DNA from: Spirochaetia bacterium
Lineage (GTDB): Bacteria; Spirochaetota; Spirochaetia; UBA9216
Direction of reading: 5' to 3'
NCBI GenBank assembly: GCA_963677925.2
Contig: CAXXYH010000003.1
Coordinates: forward strand, 1,536,001-1,600,000
DNA: 64,000 nt
Part shown: positions 28,293 to 38,468 of the stretch, piece after piece
Position numbering within the stretch: position 1 is the stretch's first letter
Layout: each line of letters begins with the position of its first letter
Notes under the pieces: model-generated
The model's database searches: none
What the model was told of the DNA's origin: nothing
The model's input: only the letters and a program-made list of their open reading frames with translations
Made by a program: the position numbers and the translations under genes

Positions 28293-30392
28293 CTACTCCT
28301 CTTCTTCATCCCAGAATGTCCGCCCCTTATCCAGCGCCGCCGAAGCCCTGACTATCGAGCTGTTTGTATTTCCGATATAGGTATAATTCTCTGCAAGTGC
28401 GGCGTTAACCGAAGTAAGTTCGGCAAAGTCCGCCTGGGCTTCATCAAACTGCTCCAGTTCAAACTTGGTCCTTGCAAGTCCGGCCAGAACAAGAGAGCTT
28501 TCCGGTTTCAGGTTCTTTGCCTGCTCGTACATCGAAAGAGCCTTGTCATAGTCGCCTTTCAGAAAGTAAATATTCCCCAGGTTGAAGGGAGGATTGTATG
28601 CATTCCGGTCAAGCCGGATGGCAGCCTGAAGCTGCTCTTCCGCCTTATCAAAGAGTCCGTATTTTCCATACAGAACCCCCAGGCTGTTGCGAACAGCAGC
28701 AGAATCACGGCGGCTTATACGGTCCTTGTAATATTCGACCTTGCTTCTGATTTCCTGGGAGACAAAGGCATCCAGGCTCTGGTTATAGTTTTCAATGATG
28801 TTTTCTGCAGAAGGATAGATAAGGCCGATGCTGCTGCCTGTAAATCCAACCGGTTCAAACTCCTGCCATGCAACATGAATAGGAAAAAAGCCGGCGGAAT
28901 TCTTCTTTACTGCGTCGCGCCACTGCTTTGCTGCGGTATCGTAGGCCTTCAGAAAGCCCTGCTGAATAAGAGTTATTTCAAGCGGAACCCAGGCTTTGCC
29001 ATCCATGTATATGAAGTTGTCTGTATTGGCAAATTCCTTTTGAGCATCCTCCTCGGTCAGGTCAAGCGAGAAGGCCATGAAGATATGGCCCGGAATCGTA
29101 ATAAATGCCGTCTCAATTCCAACCGATTCCAGCAATGCCGCCATAAGAATGGACAGGTCATCACAGTCTCCGGCTCTGTAGGTGAGTGACTGGGAAGGGA
29201 ACTGCAGATAATCCAGAAACAGGGAATCCTGCGAGGCTTCAATATACGAAGACTGTGGATCAATTACATAGTTCATGCCGTAAATACGGAGGGCTTCAAA
29301 AACACCTATGGCGATGCGGAAGTTCAGGTTCAGCGGATTTTCACCAAGATCACGAATAAGCCCTGCTGTATTCTTAGAAAAGATAAGCACAGTAGGGTCT
29401 CTGGGAGTAACAAATGAGGCAGCCTTACGATCATCATCCCAGGTCATACTGTTGCGGTCAAGAATTCTTATAGTGTGAGGCTTCACATACGTAAAACGCT
29501 CCCCCAGATAGGTGTATTCAACCCTTATTTCAGCAGAAACCTTCGAGCTTTCAGTAAGATTGAGGATACGGTTTGTAAAAAGCGCATGAAGATCGACTTC
29601 AACAGCTTCATTTCTGGCAAGGGAATCTATACTTCTGCAGAGCATGGGCTGCTCCATGTACTCGCCTACATCGAGGTAAACATCAACATTGGTGATGGAA
29701 CTGGTTTCATTATTCTGCAGAACCATGGTTCCAAGTGAGTTGTTCTCATAATAGCTGTAAAAAACAGGAAAGACAGGGTCTGTTCTGAGTTCTGAAACAC
29801 CCAGCTTCTGACGTCCCGATTCAGGATTAAACCTTATTACACCGCCCAGCCAGGCGCTGACTCCCTGATAAAGATCAGTAAACTCATTAGCAGCCGAGTC
29901 CCAGCCGAGGTGATAGCGGTAGACACCGCCGAAGGTTGTAGCAAAGGTAGGAGAAACATCCCATACTATAGAAGCTTTGCCTCCGAAGTAGGGGTTGAAT
30001 GCGGAATTTCCGTCCTGGTAATAGGCATATGTGCCGCCGACATCCGGACCGGCCTGAAGACTGATAACGTCTGCAATCCTCAGGTCCATCCCGATACCGG
30101 TACCAACCGACCCGAGGGTCAGTATCTGAGCCTGACTCGGTTCCAGCGCAATGCTTGAGTTCCCTTCCAGGTACATGAATGAAACATTCGGAAAGATATA
30201 CTGGCCGGTAATACCAACTGAGCCTCCGATAAGATAGGCGGCATCATCGACAAAAAGGGAACTGCGTTCCCCTACCGGTATCTCAACTGACGGCTTGATG
30301 TGCAGGGAAAAGTCTTCAACCGACTGAGCGGATACAGTCAAAACGGCGGCAGCAAACAGAGTTATTATGCAAACGGTTTTTCTTTTCAACAT
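28293..30392 (-). CDS. Exported protein: putative small beta-barrel + transglutaminase-like domain + TPR repeats
   Basis: Signal peptide; ~8 amphipathic beta-strands in the first ~190 aa; GDCDDLSILMAALLESVG...PGHIF...WVPLE; C-terminal TPRs (NSLGVLY, FNLGNIYFLKGDYDKA); ATG 30392 after AGGAG. Confidence 0.78.
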   Translation of the reverse strand: MLKRKTVCIITLFAAAVLTVSAQSVEDFSLHIKPSVEIPVGERSSLFVDDAAYLIGGSVGITGQYIFPNVSFMYLEGNSSIALEPSQAQILTLGSVGTGIGMDLRIADVISLQAGPDVGGTYAYYQDGNSAFNPYFGGKASIVWDVSPTFATTFGGVYRYHLGWDSAANEFTDLYQGVSAWLGGVIRFNPESGRQKLGVSELRTDPVFPVFYSYYENNSLGTMVLQNNETSSITNVDVYLDVGEYMEQPMLCRSIDSLARNEAVEVDLHALFTNRILNLTESSKVSAEIRVEYTYLGERFTYVKPHTIRILDRNSMTWDDDRKAASFVTPRDPTVLIFSKNTAGLIRDLGENPLNLNFRIAIGVFEALRIYGMNYVIDPQSSYIEASQDSLFLDYLQFPSQSLTYRAGDCDDLSILMAALLESVGIETAFITIPGHIFMAFSLDLTEEDAQKEFANTDNFIYMDGKAWVPLEITLIQQGFLKAYDTAAKQWRDAVKKNSAGFFPIHVAWQEFEPVGFTGSSIGLIYPSAENIIENYNQSLDAFVSQEIRSKVEYYKDRISRRDSAAVRNSLGVLYGKYGLFDKAEEQLQAAIRLDRNAYNPPFNLGNIYFLKGDYDKALSMYEQAKNLKPESSLVLAGLARTKFELEQFDEAQADFAELTSVNAALAENYTYIGNTNSSIVRASAALDKGRTFWDEEEE

Positions 30393-30569
30393 TTCAGTTC
30401 TCCTGATAAAGCTGTACACGTTTACATAATTTACATTCAGTTTACATTATAAATATATTACAATTTTACTAGTTTATAAACAAAAAGATCAAATTACTGG
30501 TATTAATTTCAATACCAGAGCCTCAATTTCCGGCAGATTCATTTTATCGGCCGTTGGCCGAATTTACCC

Positions 30570-30598
30570 TTGCCAATACGCTTCTTTCCCCGTATTAT
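30570..30598 (+). promoter_or_regulatory. sigma70 promoter of the etf operon
   Basis: TTGCCA-N17-TATTAT. Confidence 0.7.
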
Positions 30599-30610
30599 GT
30601 TAGCTGTAAA

Positions 30611-30631
30611 TTTTGAACATTAAGTTTAAAA
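30611..30631. promoter_or_regulatory. Putative repressor operator downstream of the etf promoter
   Basis: Imperfect palindrome TTTTGAAC-ATTAA-GTTTAAAA just after the predicted start site. Confidence 0.5.
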
Positions 30632-30656
30632 ACTTCGTAGATACCAGGAGGTAAAA

Positions 30657-31538
30657 ATGGGTTTAAACCTCGTCGTTCTTGTAAAGCAAGTTCCTGACAC
30701 ACAGAACATTACCGGCGATGCGATGAAAGAGGACGGAACAGTCAACAGACAGGCTCTTCCGGCTATTTTCAACCCCGAAGATCTTCACGCCCTTGAAGCT
30801 GCCCTTTGCGTAAAGGACCAGTATCCGGATGCAAAAGTGAATGTTATCACAATGGGCCCGCCGCCTGCAGTGCAGGTACTTAAGGAATCACTCTTCAGGG
30901 GTGCCGATTTTACAGCATTAATTACTGACAGAAAATTCGCGGGAGCAGATACTCTGGCAACCTCATACGCATTGAAATGTGCTATCGAGAAGCTTGGAAA
31001 GTATGACATTGTTTTCTGCGGAAGACAGGCTATTGACGGAGACACAGCCCAGGTTGGTCCCCAGACCGCTGAAAAACTTGGAATCAATCAGATTACATGT
31101 GTTTCAGAGATCGATGAAGTAAATACTTCAAAGAATGAGATTACAGCTACCAGATCAATCGAAGGCGGTTATGAGGTGGTTAAGGCAAAACTGCCTATTC
31201 TTCTTACCTTCACAGATGAGGGTTATGTTCCAAGACCGCCGTCCGCAATCAAAATGCTTGCCTATAAGAATGCATCTGTTGATGTATCTGCAGAAGCTTT
31301 TGATGAAAGCTATCTCGATGGTGAAAAAGCCGGTTCTGCTGCAAACATAATGGAACAGTGGGACATTGAATCAATCAAAGCTGATGTTGACTGGTGCGGT
31401 CTTTCAGGTTCACCGACAAAGGTAAAAAAGATTCAGTCCGTTATCCTCACAGCTGGTGAGATAAGGATGGTTGATAATACAGCCGGCGGTATTGCCGAAA
31501 TGGTCCATGAACTTATTGCCGACCATACCATAGGATAA
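30657..31538 (+). CDS. etfB: Electron transfer flavoprotein beta subunit
   Basis: VKQVPDT, DRKFAGADTLATS, CGRQAIDGDTAQVGPQ, GSPTKV. Confidence 0.93.
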   Translation: MGLNLVVLVKQVPDTQNITGDAMKEDGTVNRQALPAIFNPEDLHALEAALCVKDQYPDAKVNVITMGPPPAVQVLKESLFRGADFTALITDRKFAGADTLATSYALKCAIEKLGKYDIVFCGRQAIDGDTAQVGPQTAEKLGINQITCVSEIDEVNTSKNEITATRSIEGGYEVVKAKLPILLTFTDEGYVPRPPSAIKMLAYKNASVDVSAEAFDESYLDGEKAGSAANIMEQWDIESIKADVDWCGLSGSPTKVKKIQSVILTAGEIRMVDNTAGGIAEMVHELIADHTIG

Positions 31539-31548
31539 GGAGAGACAA

Positions 31549-32562
31549 TTGAGTACCAAAAACACTGTAATGGTCTTTATTCAGCAGGATGACGGCAAGG
31601 TTGCCGATGTCAGCATCGAGCTGGTATGCAAGGCAAAAGAACTGGCTGAACAGCTTGGAGCCAAGGTTTCAGCCGTACTTGCAGGACACAATGTTGAAGC
31701 TGAGGCCAAAAGAGTTATTACATACGGCGTTGATGAACTTTTTCTTCTTGATGATGAACGCCTTAAAAACTATACACCAATCCCCTACACAAAGGTTATC
31801 AAGGGTATAATCGAGAAATACGAACCGCAGATTGTTCTTTACGGGGCAACCACCACCGGACGAGATCTCGGCCCAAGAATTGCATCAAACCTCAAGGTAG
31901 GTCTTACAGCCGACTGTACCGATCTTCAGATTGGCGATCACAAGATCAAGGATGAATATTTCGACAACATCCTTTATCAGATTCGCCCTGCATTCGGCGG
32001 AAACATAATAGCAACCATCGTATCACCGCAGAATATGCCTCAAATGGCAACTGTTCGTGAAGGTGTTATGAAGATGACCGAGCCCAATCCTTCCTACAAG
32101 GGTAAAATAACCGTTGAGAAGGTTGAACTCGAAGATTCCGACATAATGAGCGAAATCGTTAAGCGTGTTATCCAGGAAAAGAGAGTTAATCTCAAGGGCG
32201 CCCAGATCATCGTTGCCGGCGGAATCGGCGTTGAGACAAAGGAGAACTTCAAGCTTATTGAAGAACTTGCTCATGTTCTAGGCGGTGAGGTCGGAGCATC
32301 CAGAGCTGCAGTTGATGCGGGATTGATAAGCAAGGAACACCAGGTTGGTCAGACAGGAACAACTGTAAGACCCAGACTTTACATAGCCTGCGGTATTTCC
32401 GGCTCAATCCAGCACAGGGCGGGAATGGCTGAATCTTCAAAGATTATCGCTATCAACACCGATCCTGACGCACCGATACTTCAGATTGCGCATTACGGAA
32501 TTGTAGGCGATCTCAAAGAGGTAATTCCTCAGTTCATTAAAGCATACAAGGCTAAGGCATAG
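31549..32562 (+). CDS. etfA: Electron transfer flavoprotein alpha subunit
   Basis: GLTADCT, RPAFGGN, GASRAAVD, QVGQTG, GISGSIQH. Confidence 0.93.
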   Translation: MSTKNTVMVFIQQDDGKVADVSIELVCKAKELAEQLGAKVSAVLAGHNVEAEAKRVITYGVDELFLLDDERLKNYTPIPYTKVIKGIIEKYEPQIVLYGATTTGRDLGPRIASNLKVGLTADCTDLQIGDHKIKDEYFDNILYQIRPAFGGNIIATIVSPQNMPQMATVREGVMKMTEPNPSYKGKITVEKVELEDSDIMSEIVKRVIQEKRVNLKGAQIIVAGGIGVETKENFKLIEELAHVLGGEVGASRAAVDAGLISKEHQVGQTGTTVRPRLYIACGISGSIQHRAGMAESSKIIAINTDPDAPILQIAHYGIVGDLKEVIPQFIKAYKAKA

Positions 32563-32570
32563 GGGGCACA

Positions 32571-34283
32571 ATGGAAAACTTTTTTACGGATAACGAAGAT
32601 ATACAGTTTCACATGCAGCACCTTGGTCTTGATGAAATTATCAAGCTTAAGGAAGATGATTTCGCAGAAAAAGACAAGTTTGCCCATGCTCCTTCAGACA
32701 TTGAAGATGCAATGGATTCCTACAGCAGGATTCTCGGCCTCATCGGAGAAATTGCAGGAGAGCACATGGCTCCTGTTGCCGCCGAGGTAGATGAAGAAGG
32801 CGTTAAACTTGTGGACGGCGAAGTCGTATATGCAAAGGGAACACAGATGGCCCTTGATATGCTTGCACAGGCCGATCTCATGGGACTTGCAAATCCCCGG
32901 AAATACGGGGGACTCAACTGCCCTGTTACGGTAATGTCCATTGCCGGAGAGATGATGAGCCGTGCAGACGGATCATTTCTGAACTTCGGACTTCAGCAGG
33001 ACATCAGCGAAACACTCAACAAATTCGGTTCAGAAGAACAGAAACAGAGAATAATACCGATTCTTGCAAGCGGAAAGGAAGGGTCCTCGATGATCCTGAC
33101 CGAACCCGATGCAGGTTCAGACCTTCAGGCAGTAACACTCAAGGCCCACCTTGGTGACGACGGTAAGTGGTACCTCAACGGTGTTAAGAGATTTATCACA
33201 AACGGTAACGGTAAAATAGGTCTTGTCCTTGCCCGTTCCGAAGAGGGATCAAAGGGTGCAGGCGGACTTTCATTCTTCCTCTACGAACGTGATGAACACA
33301 TGGTCATCAGACGTGTTGAAAACAAACTCGGAATCCACGGTTCACCCACCTGTGAACTTCAGTTCAACAACGCTCCGGCTGAACTGGTAGGACAGAGAAG
33401 ACGAGGTCTTACAAAGTACACAATGTGGCTGATGAACAGTGCCCGTCTGATGGTTTCTTCACAGGCAACAGGTATTGCAGAAGCAGCATACAGGGAAGCA
33501 TATAAATATGCACAGGAAAGAATTCAGTTCGGCAAGCCGATCATCGAGTTCCCGCCTGTTTTTGAAATGCTTACCGAGATGAAGATCCTCATCGAAGCAT
33601 CAAGAATCCTGCTTTATGAAACATCCAAGTTTGTTGATATGAAGGAATGTCTTGAAGAGTTCACCGAGAAGCATCCTGAACAGGCTGCCGACAAGAAGGG
33701 CGATCTTAAGAAATACACCAGACTCGCAAACCTGTTTACACCGATGACAAAACTTCACAATACAGAAGCTGCAAACAAGGTGACATACGACGGAATCCAG
33801 ATTCACGGCGGTACAGGCTTCATGAAGGAATTCAATGCCGAAAGACATTACCGTGACGCAAGAATTACCAATATCTATGAAGGAACCAGCCAGCTTCAGG
33901 TTGTTGCAGCAATCGGAGGCGTAACATCCGGTACAGCATCAGGCTACCTTGATGAACTGGAAGAAGAAGATTACGGACACTGTCCTGAACTCCTGAAGAA
34001 GGTAAAAAAGGCAAAGCTTAACTTTGAAAAGGCAGTTATTGCAATCAAGGAACTTGAAGACCAGGATATAGTGACCTACCACTCACGAAGAATGGTTGAG
34101 ATGGCTACCGATGTGGCACTCGGCTTCCTTATGATGAGAAACGCAAAGTTCTCAGAGCGGAAGATGCTCATTGCAGAGACTTTCATCGAAAAAATGCTGA
34201 CCAGAGTCGAAATGAACATGAACTTCGTTTCCTGCAAGGAATGCAGCCTGATGAAGAACTACAAGGAAATCATCGCTCATTAA
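32571..34283 (+). CDS. Acyl-CoA dehydrogenase (long form)
   Basis: LTEPDAGSDL, NGVKRFIT, KLGIHGSPT, QIHGG, IYEGTSQ. Confidence 0.92.
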   Translation: MENFFTDNEDIQFHMQHLGLDEIIKLKEDDFAEKDKFAHAPSDIEDAMDSYSRILGLIGEIAGEHMAPVAAEVDEEGVKLVDGEVVYAKGTQMALDMLAQADLMGLANPRKYGGLNCPVTVMSIAGEMMSRADGSFLNFGLQQDISETLNKFGSEEQKQRIIPILASGKEGSSMILTEPDAGSDLQAVTLKAHLGDDGKWYLNGVKRFITNGNGKIGLVLARSEEGSKGAGGLSFFLYERDEHMVIRRVENKLGIHGSPTCELQFNNAPAELVGQRRRGLTKYTMWLMNSARLMVSSQATGIAEAAYREAYKYAQERIQFGKPIIEFPPVFEMLTEMKILIEASRILLYETSKFVDMKECLEEFTEKHPEQAADKKGDLKKYTRLANLFTPMTKLHNTEAANKVTYDGIQIHGGTGFMKEFNAERHYRDARITNIYEGTSQLQVVAAIGGVTSGTASGYLDELEEEDYGHCPELLKKVKKAKLNFEKAVIAIKELEDQDIVTYHSRRMVEMATDVALGFLMMRNAKFSERKMLIAETFIEKMLTRVEMNMNFVSCKECSLMKNYKEIIAH

Positions 34284-34309
34284 GCGGTTTCTGTTTAAGT
34301 TAAAATACC

Positions 34310-34345
34310 AGACTGGCCGGTACACTCCGGTCGGTCTTTTTTTTT
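34310..34345 (+). terminator. Rho-independent terminator
   Basis: AGACTGGCCGG/CCGGTCGGTCT stem + T run. Confidence 0.8.
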
Positions 34346-34356
34346 GCAAAAAAGAG

Positions 34357-35697
34357 CTAACCAGCAGGGAAAACTATCCTGGTAACGAAAAATCCATCAT
34401 CATAAAACTGTTCAATCGTTCCGTTAATCTGGCCCGTCAGTTTATGAATCAGTTTCAGACCCAGGGAATCTCCTTTCTGAAAATCAAACGATTCCGGAAG
34501 CCCCGGACCGTTATCCCCTACTTCAAGAACAATACCTTCATTTTTTCTGTAAAGAGATACTCTAATCCGGTTTTCCCTGTTCGCTGAGAATGCATATTTC
34601 ATACTGTTCGTAATAAGTTCATTCACAATAAGCCCCAGATTGATACCGAGATCAACGCCCAGCTCAATATCGGCCAAATTATAGTCGGCTTTTAAATTCT
34701 CAAAGGAATTGCCCTCCGGCTTAAAAGTCTGCATAACATGATCTGTCAGTTCTTTGATATATTCTGCGGAATGGATGATATTAGTGCTCTCAGTCTTGTA
34801 AAGCTTCTCATGTATTATGGATATGCTGACAATACGGTTGATCAGATCAGTAAAGACTGTCTTCTGTTCCGGATCCAGGCAGTGCAGGGCCTCAAGATTC
34901 AGAATGCCGATTATCATCTGCAGGTTGTTTTTGACCCTGTGATGCGTTTCCTTCAGCAGCATGTCCCTGGCTTCAAGAGCTTCTTTTAAATCGGTAATAT
35001 CGATATTCATTCCGAGAATTCCAAGAATATGCTCACCATCCTTGATAGGAGCAACTATGTTTCTGAAAAACCGCTTTTTACCGCGGATATGATAATTTAT
35101 CTCACCTTCATATGTCTCGCCATTAAGTGCAGCTGTGGTTGTTTCCATCCACAGCTCAACTATCCCTTCATGATCGGTTACTTCTGTCGGAAGCCTGCCG
35201 TGGACATCGCCCCAAAGAGCCCGGCTTATCGAATTCTGCATGTATGTACGATTATTAACGTCGTTGATCCAGAAGTCAAAGGGAAGACTTTCAAGCGTTG
35301 TCTTGAGCATAATCTCGCTTTTACGAAGACTCTCCTCCATTTCCTTGCGGAAAGATTTATTTTTAACAAGAAGCCAGTAAATATGACGGTTGTTATCTGT
35401 GGTACAGTGAATGCTGATCTCAGCCACTCTGGGAGTTCCCGCTTTCTGATTCAATTCACCATCAATTACCCTGGTGCTTCTGCATCTGGAGGCATCCTTG
35501 ATAAATTTCCTTATTTCATCAGAACTTTTATCATCAAAAAGCAGATTCAGATCAGCGCCTATCACTTCTTTTTCACTTAGCCCGGAAAGCCCGTATACAG
35601 CATGATTTACAGACAGGATCTGAGCTTGTCGGTCAAGGAGGATAAAGCCGTTGTCACAGCCGGATAGAAAATCTTTGTACATCGACTCAGGAAGCAT
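34357..35697 (-). CDS. PAS-PAS HisKA_2-type sensor histidine kinase
   Basis: ETHHRVKNNLQ, NELITNSMKYAF, DNGPG, SLGL. Confidence 0.88.
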   Translation of the reverse strand: MLPESMYKDFLSGCDNGFILLDRQAQILSVNHAVYGLSGLSEKEVIGADLNLLFDDKSSDEIRKFIKDASRCRSTRVIDGELNQKAGTPRVAEISIHCTTDNNRHIYWLLVKNKSFRKEMEESLRKSEIMLKTTLESLPFDFWINDVNNRTYMQNSISRALWGDVHGRLPTEVTDHEGIVELWMETTTAALNGETYEGEINYHIRGKKRFFRNIVAPIKDGEHILGILGMNIDITDLKEALEARDMLLKETHHRVKNNLQMIIGILNLEALHCLDPEQKTVFTDLINRIVSISIIHEKLYKTESTNIIHSAEYIKELTDHVMQTFKPEGNSFENLKADYNLADIELGVDLGINLGLIVNELITNSMKYAFSANRENRIRVSLYRKNEGIVLEVGDNGPGLPESFDFQKGDSLGLKLIHKLTGQINGTIEQFYDDGFFVTRIVFPAG

Positions 35698-35754
35698 GAA
35701 TATAATTATAGTTTATATCAAACTGAAATCAAACTTTACAGAATTTTTATGACA

Positions 35755-36447
35755 TTAGAGTTCATCATTTGCAGAGACAGCAATTGAACTTGAAATCTCC
35801 AGATTTCCGTTTCGTATTCTCAGCTGATCAATAAACTCCTGTTCCTCGTCTGTTTCCTTCAGGTCAATTTCATACTGCAGTCTCAGCATACTGCCGAGAT
35901 TCGTTGTTTTTACAGAAAGCAGTTTGTATTCACGGGTATATCTGTCAAAAAGATCAGTGAATACATTGTTATACGCAAGATCTTCAGGTATGGATATTCT
36001 GAGAGAGCGTCTGGAACTGCTTCGAAACAGCTCTCCGAACGGAATTGATTCAAGCAGAAGCATTACAGAGGCAACAGCAGCCGTAAAAATCAGAGCACGC
36101 AGCAACGTTCCCAGTCCGCAGGTCAGACCGATAGCCATCGCAATAAAAACCGCCAGGATATCACGGCCCGATCCCGGTACCGAACGGAACCTTACCAGGG
36201 AAAAAGCCCCGGCAACCGCGACTCCCGCTCCGATCGAACCGTTAACCATCATTATTACCACAGCTACTACTGCCGGAAGTACCGCAAGAGTTACGGCAAA
36301 CGATTTTGATACCGAATTCTTCAGCTGGTAGATCAGTGAGAAAATTAAACCGAGTATAATTGCCGCACTTATTTTAACTGCATATGCTCCAAGAGACAGG
36401 GTTTCAACCGTCCCGTTATCTGTAAGTATTTGTGTAATTGTGTTCAT
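35755..36447 (-). CDS. DUF4956 membrane protein
   Basis: GVAVAGAFSLVRFRS motif; adjacent to a VTC-domain gene. Confidence 0.85.
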   Translation of the reverse strand: MNTITQILTDNGTVETLSLGAYAVKISAAIILGLIFSLIYQLKNSVSKSFAVTLAVLPAVVAVVIMMVNGSIGAGVAVAGAFSLVRFRSVPGSGRDILAVFIAMAIGLTCGLGTLLRALIFTAAVASVMLLLESIPFGELFRSSSRRSLRISIPEDLAYNNVFTDLFDRYTREYKLLSVKTTNLGSMLRLQYEIDLKETDEEQEFIDQLRIRNGNLEISSSIAVSANDEL

Positions 36448-36450
36448 ATT

Positions 36451-37170
36451 CTATCCTGCCATCCGTCTTTCAGGTGCGGACACAAGCCTGGAATAGGCCT
36501 GCCCGTACTTTGAAAACGATGTTTTATATATTCTGTTTTCTGCAAGAGCACCTGAAAGCCACAACGGCATTGCCGCTCCGCATTTTATTTCCATAAGAGA
36601 ATCATCCCCGCTTAAAATTCTTGTCCCGAAAAGGGATTCAGATTCAAGATGGATGTCAGAAGTCCTCCAGAAGATATCATCATCAAAGGTAATTCTGATG
36701 CTGTTATCCGGAACTCCCTGCCAGGCCTCACGCCTGTATCCTATATACATAGCCGGGATCAGGTTTTCATAAAAATCAATAAAATACCGGAGTTCCCGCT
36801 CAACCTGACCGCTGATATCGCTGCAGCTGTTTTTTTTCAGAACAAAGGCATCAGCTTCACAGGGCGTCATCACTGTCCGTCTCTTATAAACGGTGCCCAG
36901 ATATTTTTTCTTCAGCTCAACAAAGACTTTCCCGTCCGCTGATACCGGGCCGTAAGAGCGGATTCTCAGCTTTTCCTTGTATGACGGCTGTTCCATGCTG
37001 CTTCTGATAAGGCGGTAATCAGGCGTATCCAAATAAATATTGCAGATTCTGTATCTGTGAAACCTGTCAGGCTTTATATATTCCTGTATCTGATCCAGAA
37101 ACCTTCTTTTCTGCTCTGCATCAATAAGATATTTTTTTTCGTTCCGTTCAAAGGAATCCATCCTGCTCAT
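36451..37170 (-). CDS. VTC-domain (polyphosphate polymerase-like, CYTH fold) protein
   Basis: RNEKKY, IYLDT, KEKLRIRSY, FVELKKK, RITFD, MEIK, SFSKY. Confidence 0.88.
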   Translation of the reverse strand: MSRMDSFERNEKKYLIDAEQKRRFLDQIQEYIKPDRFHRYRICNIYLDTPDYRLIRSSMEQPSYKEKLRIRSYGPVSADGKVFVELKKKYLGTVYKRRTVMTPCEADAFVLKKNSCSDISGQVERELRYFIDFYENLIPAMYIGYRREAWQGVPDNSIRITFDDDIFWRTSDIHLESESLFGTRILSGDDSLMEIKCGAAMPLWLSGALAENRIYKTSFSKYGQAYSRLVSAPERRMAG

Positions 37171-37195
37171 ACTGCGCCCCCTGTCTCCGAATCAA

Positions 37196-38326
37196 TTACC
37201 AGCGTCGACCCCCGTGAGCTCCTCCGCGGCCAAAACTCTGTACAGTAATTTCTGTAACAGCCGAACCGTTTACCTTCACATCACCTCCGGTCATTTCTGC
37301 TGTGCCGTCGGCATCAAAGGCTGAGCGGGCTGTAACATCAATATCCCCGCCACGTATATACAAATCACCGTTGGAATCAAAGGCATCGGTATCACCTGCC
37401 GCCATTGAAACAGAAATATCGCCTCCGTTTACTTCAATCATTACGGTTCCGTTTGATTTTCGCGCTGCATTTATACCGTCATCGGTTGCATAGATATCAA
37501 TATCACCGCCGTTTATCTGAATGTGAGTGGCTTCAAGGCCTTCCTGACTTGTTTTAATATCAAGAGTTCCGCCGTCTACCTGAACCAGACTTGTTCCCCG
37601 GACAGCATCATCCCCTGCCGAGATATCAAGACTGCCGCCCTGGATATAGATGTATCCGGTTGATTTATCCGAATCTTCAGCATGAAGAGCATCCTTTCCG
37701 GATTCAAGAACAATATTCCCGTCATAGATTCGGATTGAGTCGTTGGCTTCCAGAGCATCCTCATTCGCTTTTACATACAGTGATGAACCGGTAATTTTCA
37801 GATCATCCTTTGTACTTATTCCGTTGCCTGCGGCCGATATTACCTCAAGACTGCCGGTACCGTTAATGACAAGATCGGCCCTGGAAAAAACCGCAGCATC
37901 AAGATTCGTTGAGCCGTCGGCCTTATATCTGCCTGTTACTTCAATTGAATTATCATCTGATGCTGCGGTCAAAAAGACTTTATCTGCCGATTTAACATAT
38001 ATTGCAGGGGCGCTGCTGTTTTTGACATTGAATCCGTCAAGGACAAGCTGAACCTTGGCATCATCCCCGGCATCAACAACGACAGTGCTGTCAGCATATG
38101 TTCCGCTCAGGATGTACACGCCCTCATCCGCTATTATAGCCTGGCTTCTGCTGCTGAGCCCTATAATGGCTGCATCACTCAGATCTGCAGACTGCTGCAG
38201 ATCACGCGATGTAAAAAGATCTGAACCGCTTAGAACTCCTGCTGAAACAGACCCTGCCGCAAAGCAGCTGCCTAGACTCATTGTCATAAGAGCAAGTGCC
38301 CCGCTTATTTTCATAAACTTATTCAT
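37196..38326 (-). CDS. Cthe_2159 (DUF4353) beta-helix carbohydrate-binding domain protein
   Basis: GVYILSG, VQLVLDG, APAIYVKSADK, TDDGINAA, GDTDAFDSNG; usual partner of VTC/DUF4956. Confidence 0.85.
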   Translation of the reverse strand: MNKFMKISGALALMTMSLGSCFAAGSVSAGVLSGSDLFTSRDLQQSADLSDAAIIGLSSRSQAIIADEGVYILSGTYADSTVVVDAGDDAKVQLVLDGFNVKNSSAPAIYVKSADKVFLTAASDDNSIEVTGRYKADGSTNLDAAVFSRADLVINGTGSLEVISAAGNGISTKDDLKITGSSLYVKANEDALEANDSIRIYDGNIVLESGKDALHAEDSDKSTGYIYIQGGSLDISAGDDAVRGTSLVQVDGGTLDIKTSQEGLEATHIQINGGDIDIYATDDGINAARKSNGTVMIEVNGGDISVSMAAGDTDAFDSNGDLYIRGGDIDVTARSAFDADGTAEMTGGDVKVNGSAVTEITVQSFGRGGAHGGRRW

Positions 38327-38403
38327 AAACTACCTTCCGCTCAAATAATTGTTAAAAGAGCATTAGATTTTTAACAATCAGCTCTTTTTAAGCTAAGGTA
38401 GTC

Positions 38404-38426
38404 TGTAAATGTAAACAAATTGTGAA
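38404..38426 (-). promoter_or_regulatory. Possible OmpR/PhoP-type direct repeats upstream of the VTC operon
   Basis: Minus strand TTCACA-atttg-TTTACA-TTTACA (11-bp period for the first two). Confidence 0.4.
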
Positions 38427-38468
38427 CGGGATGTGTTTCTTTGTGCCTATCCTGAATGACCTGCAGCT

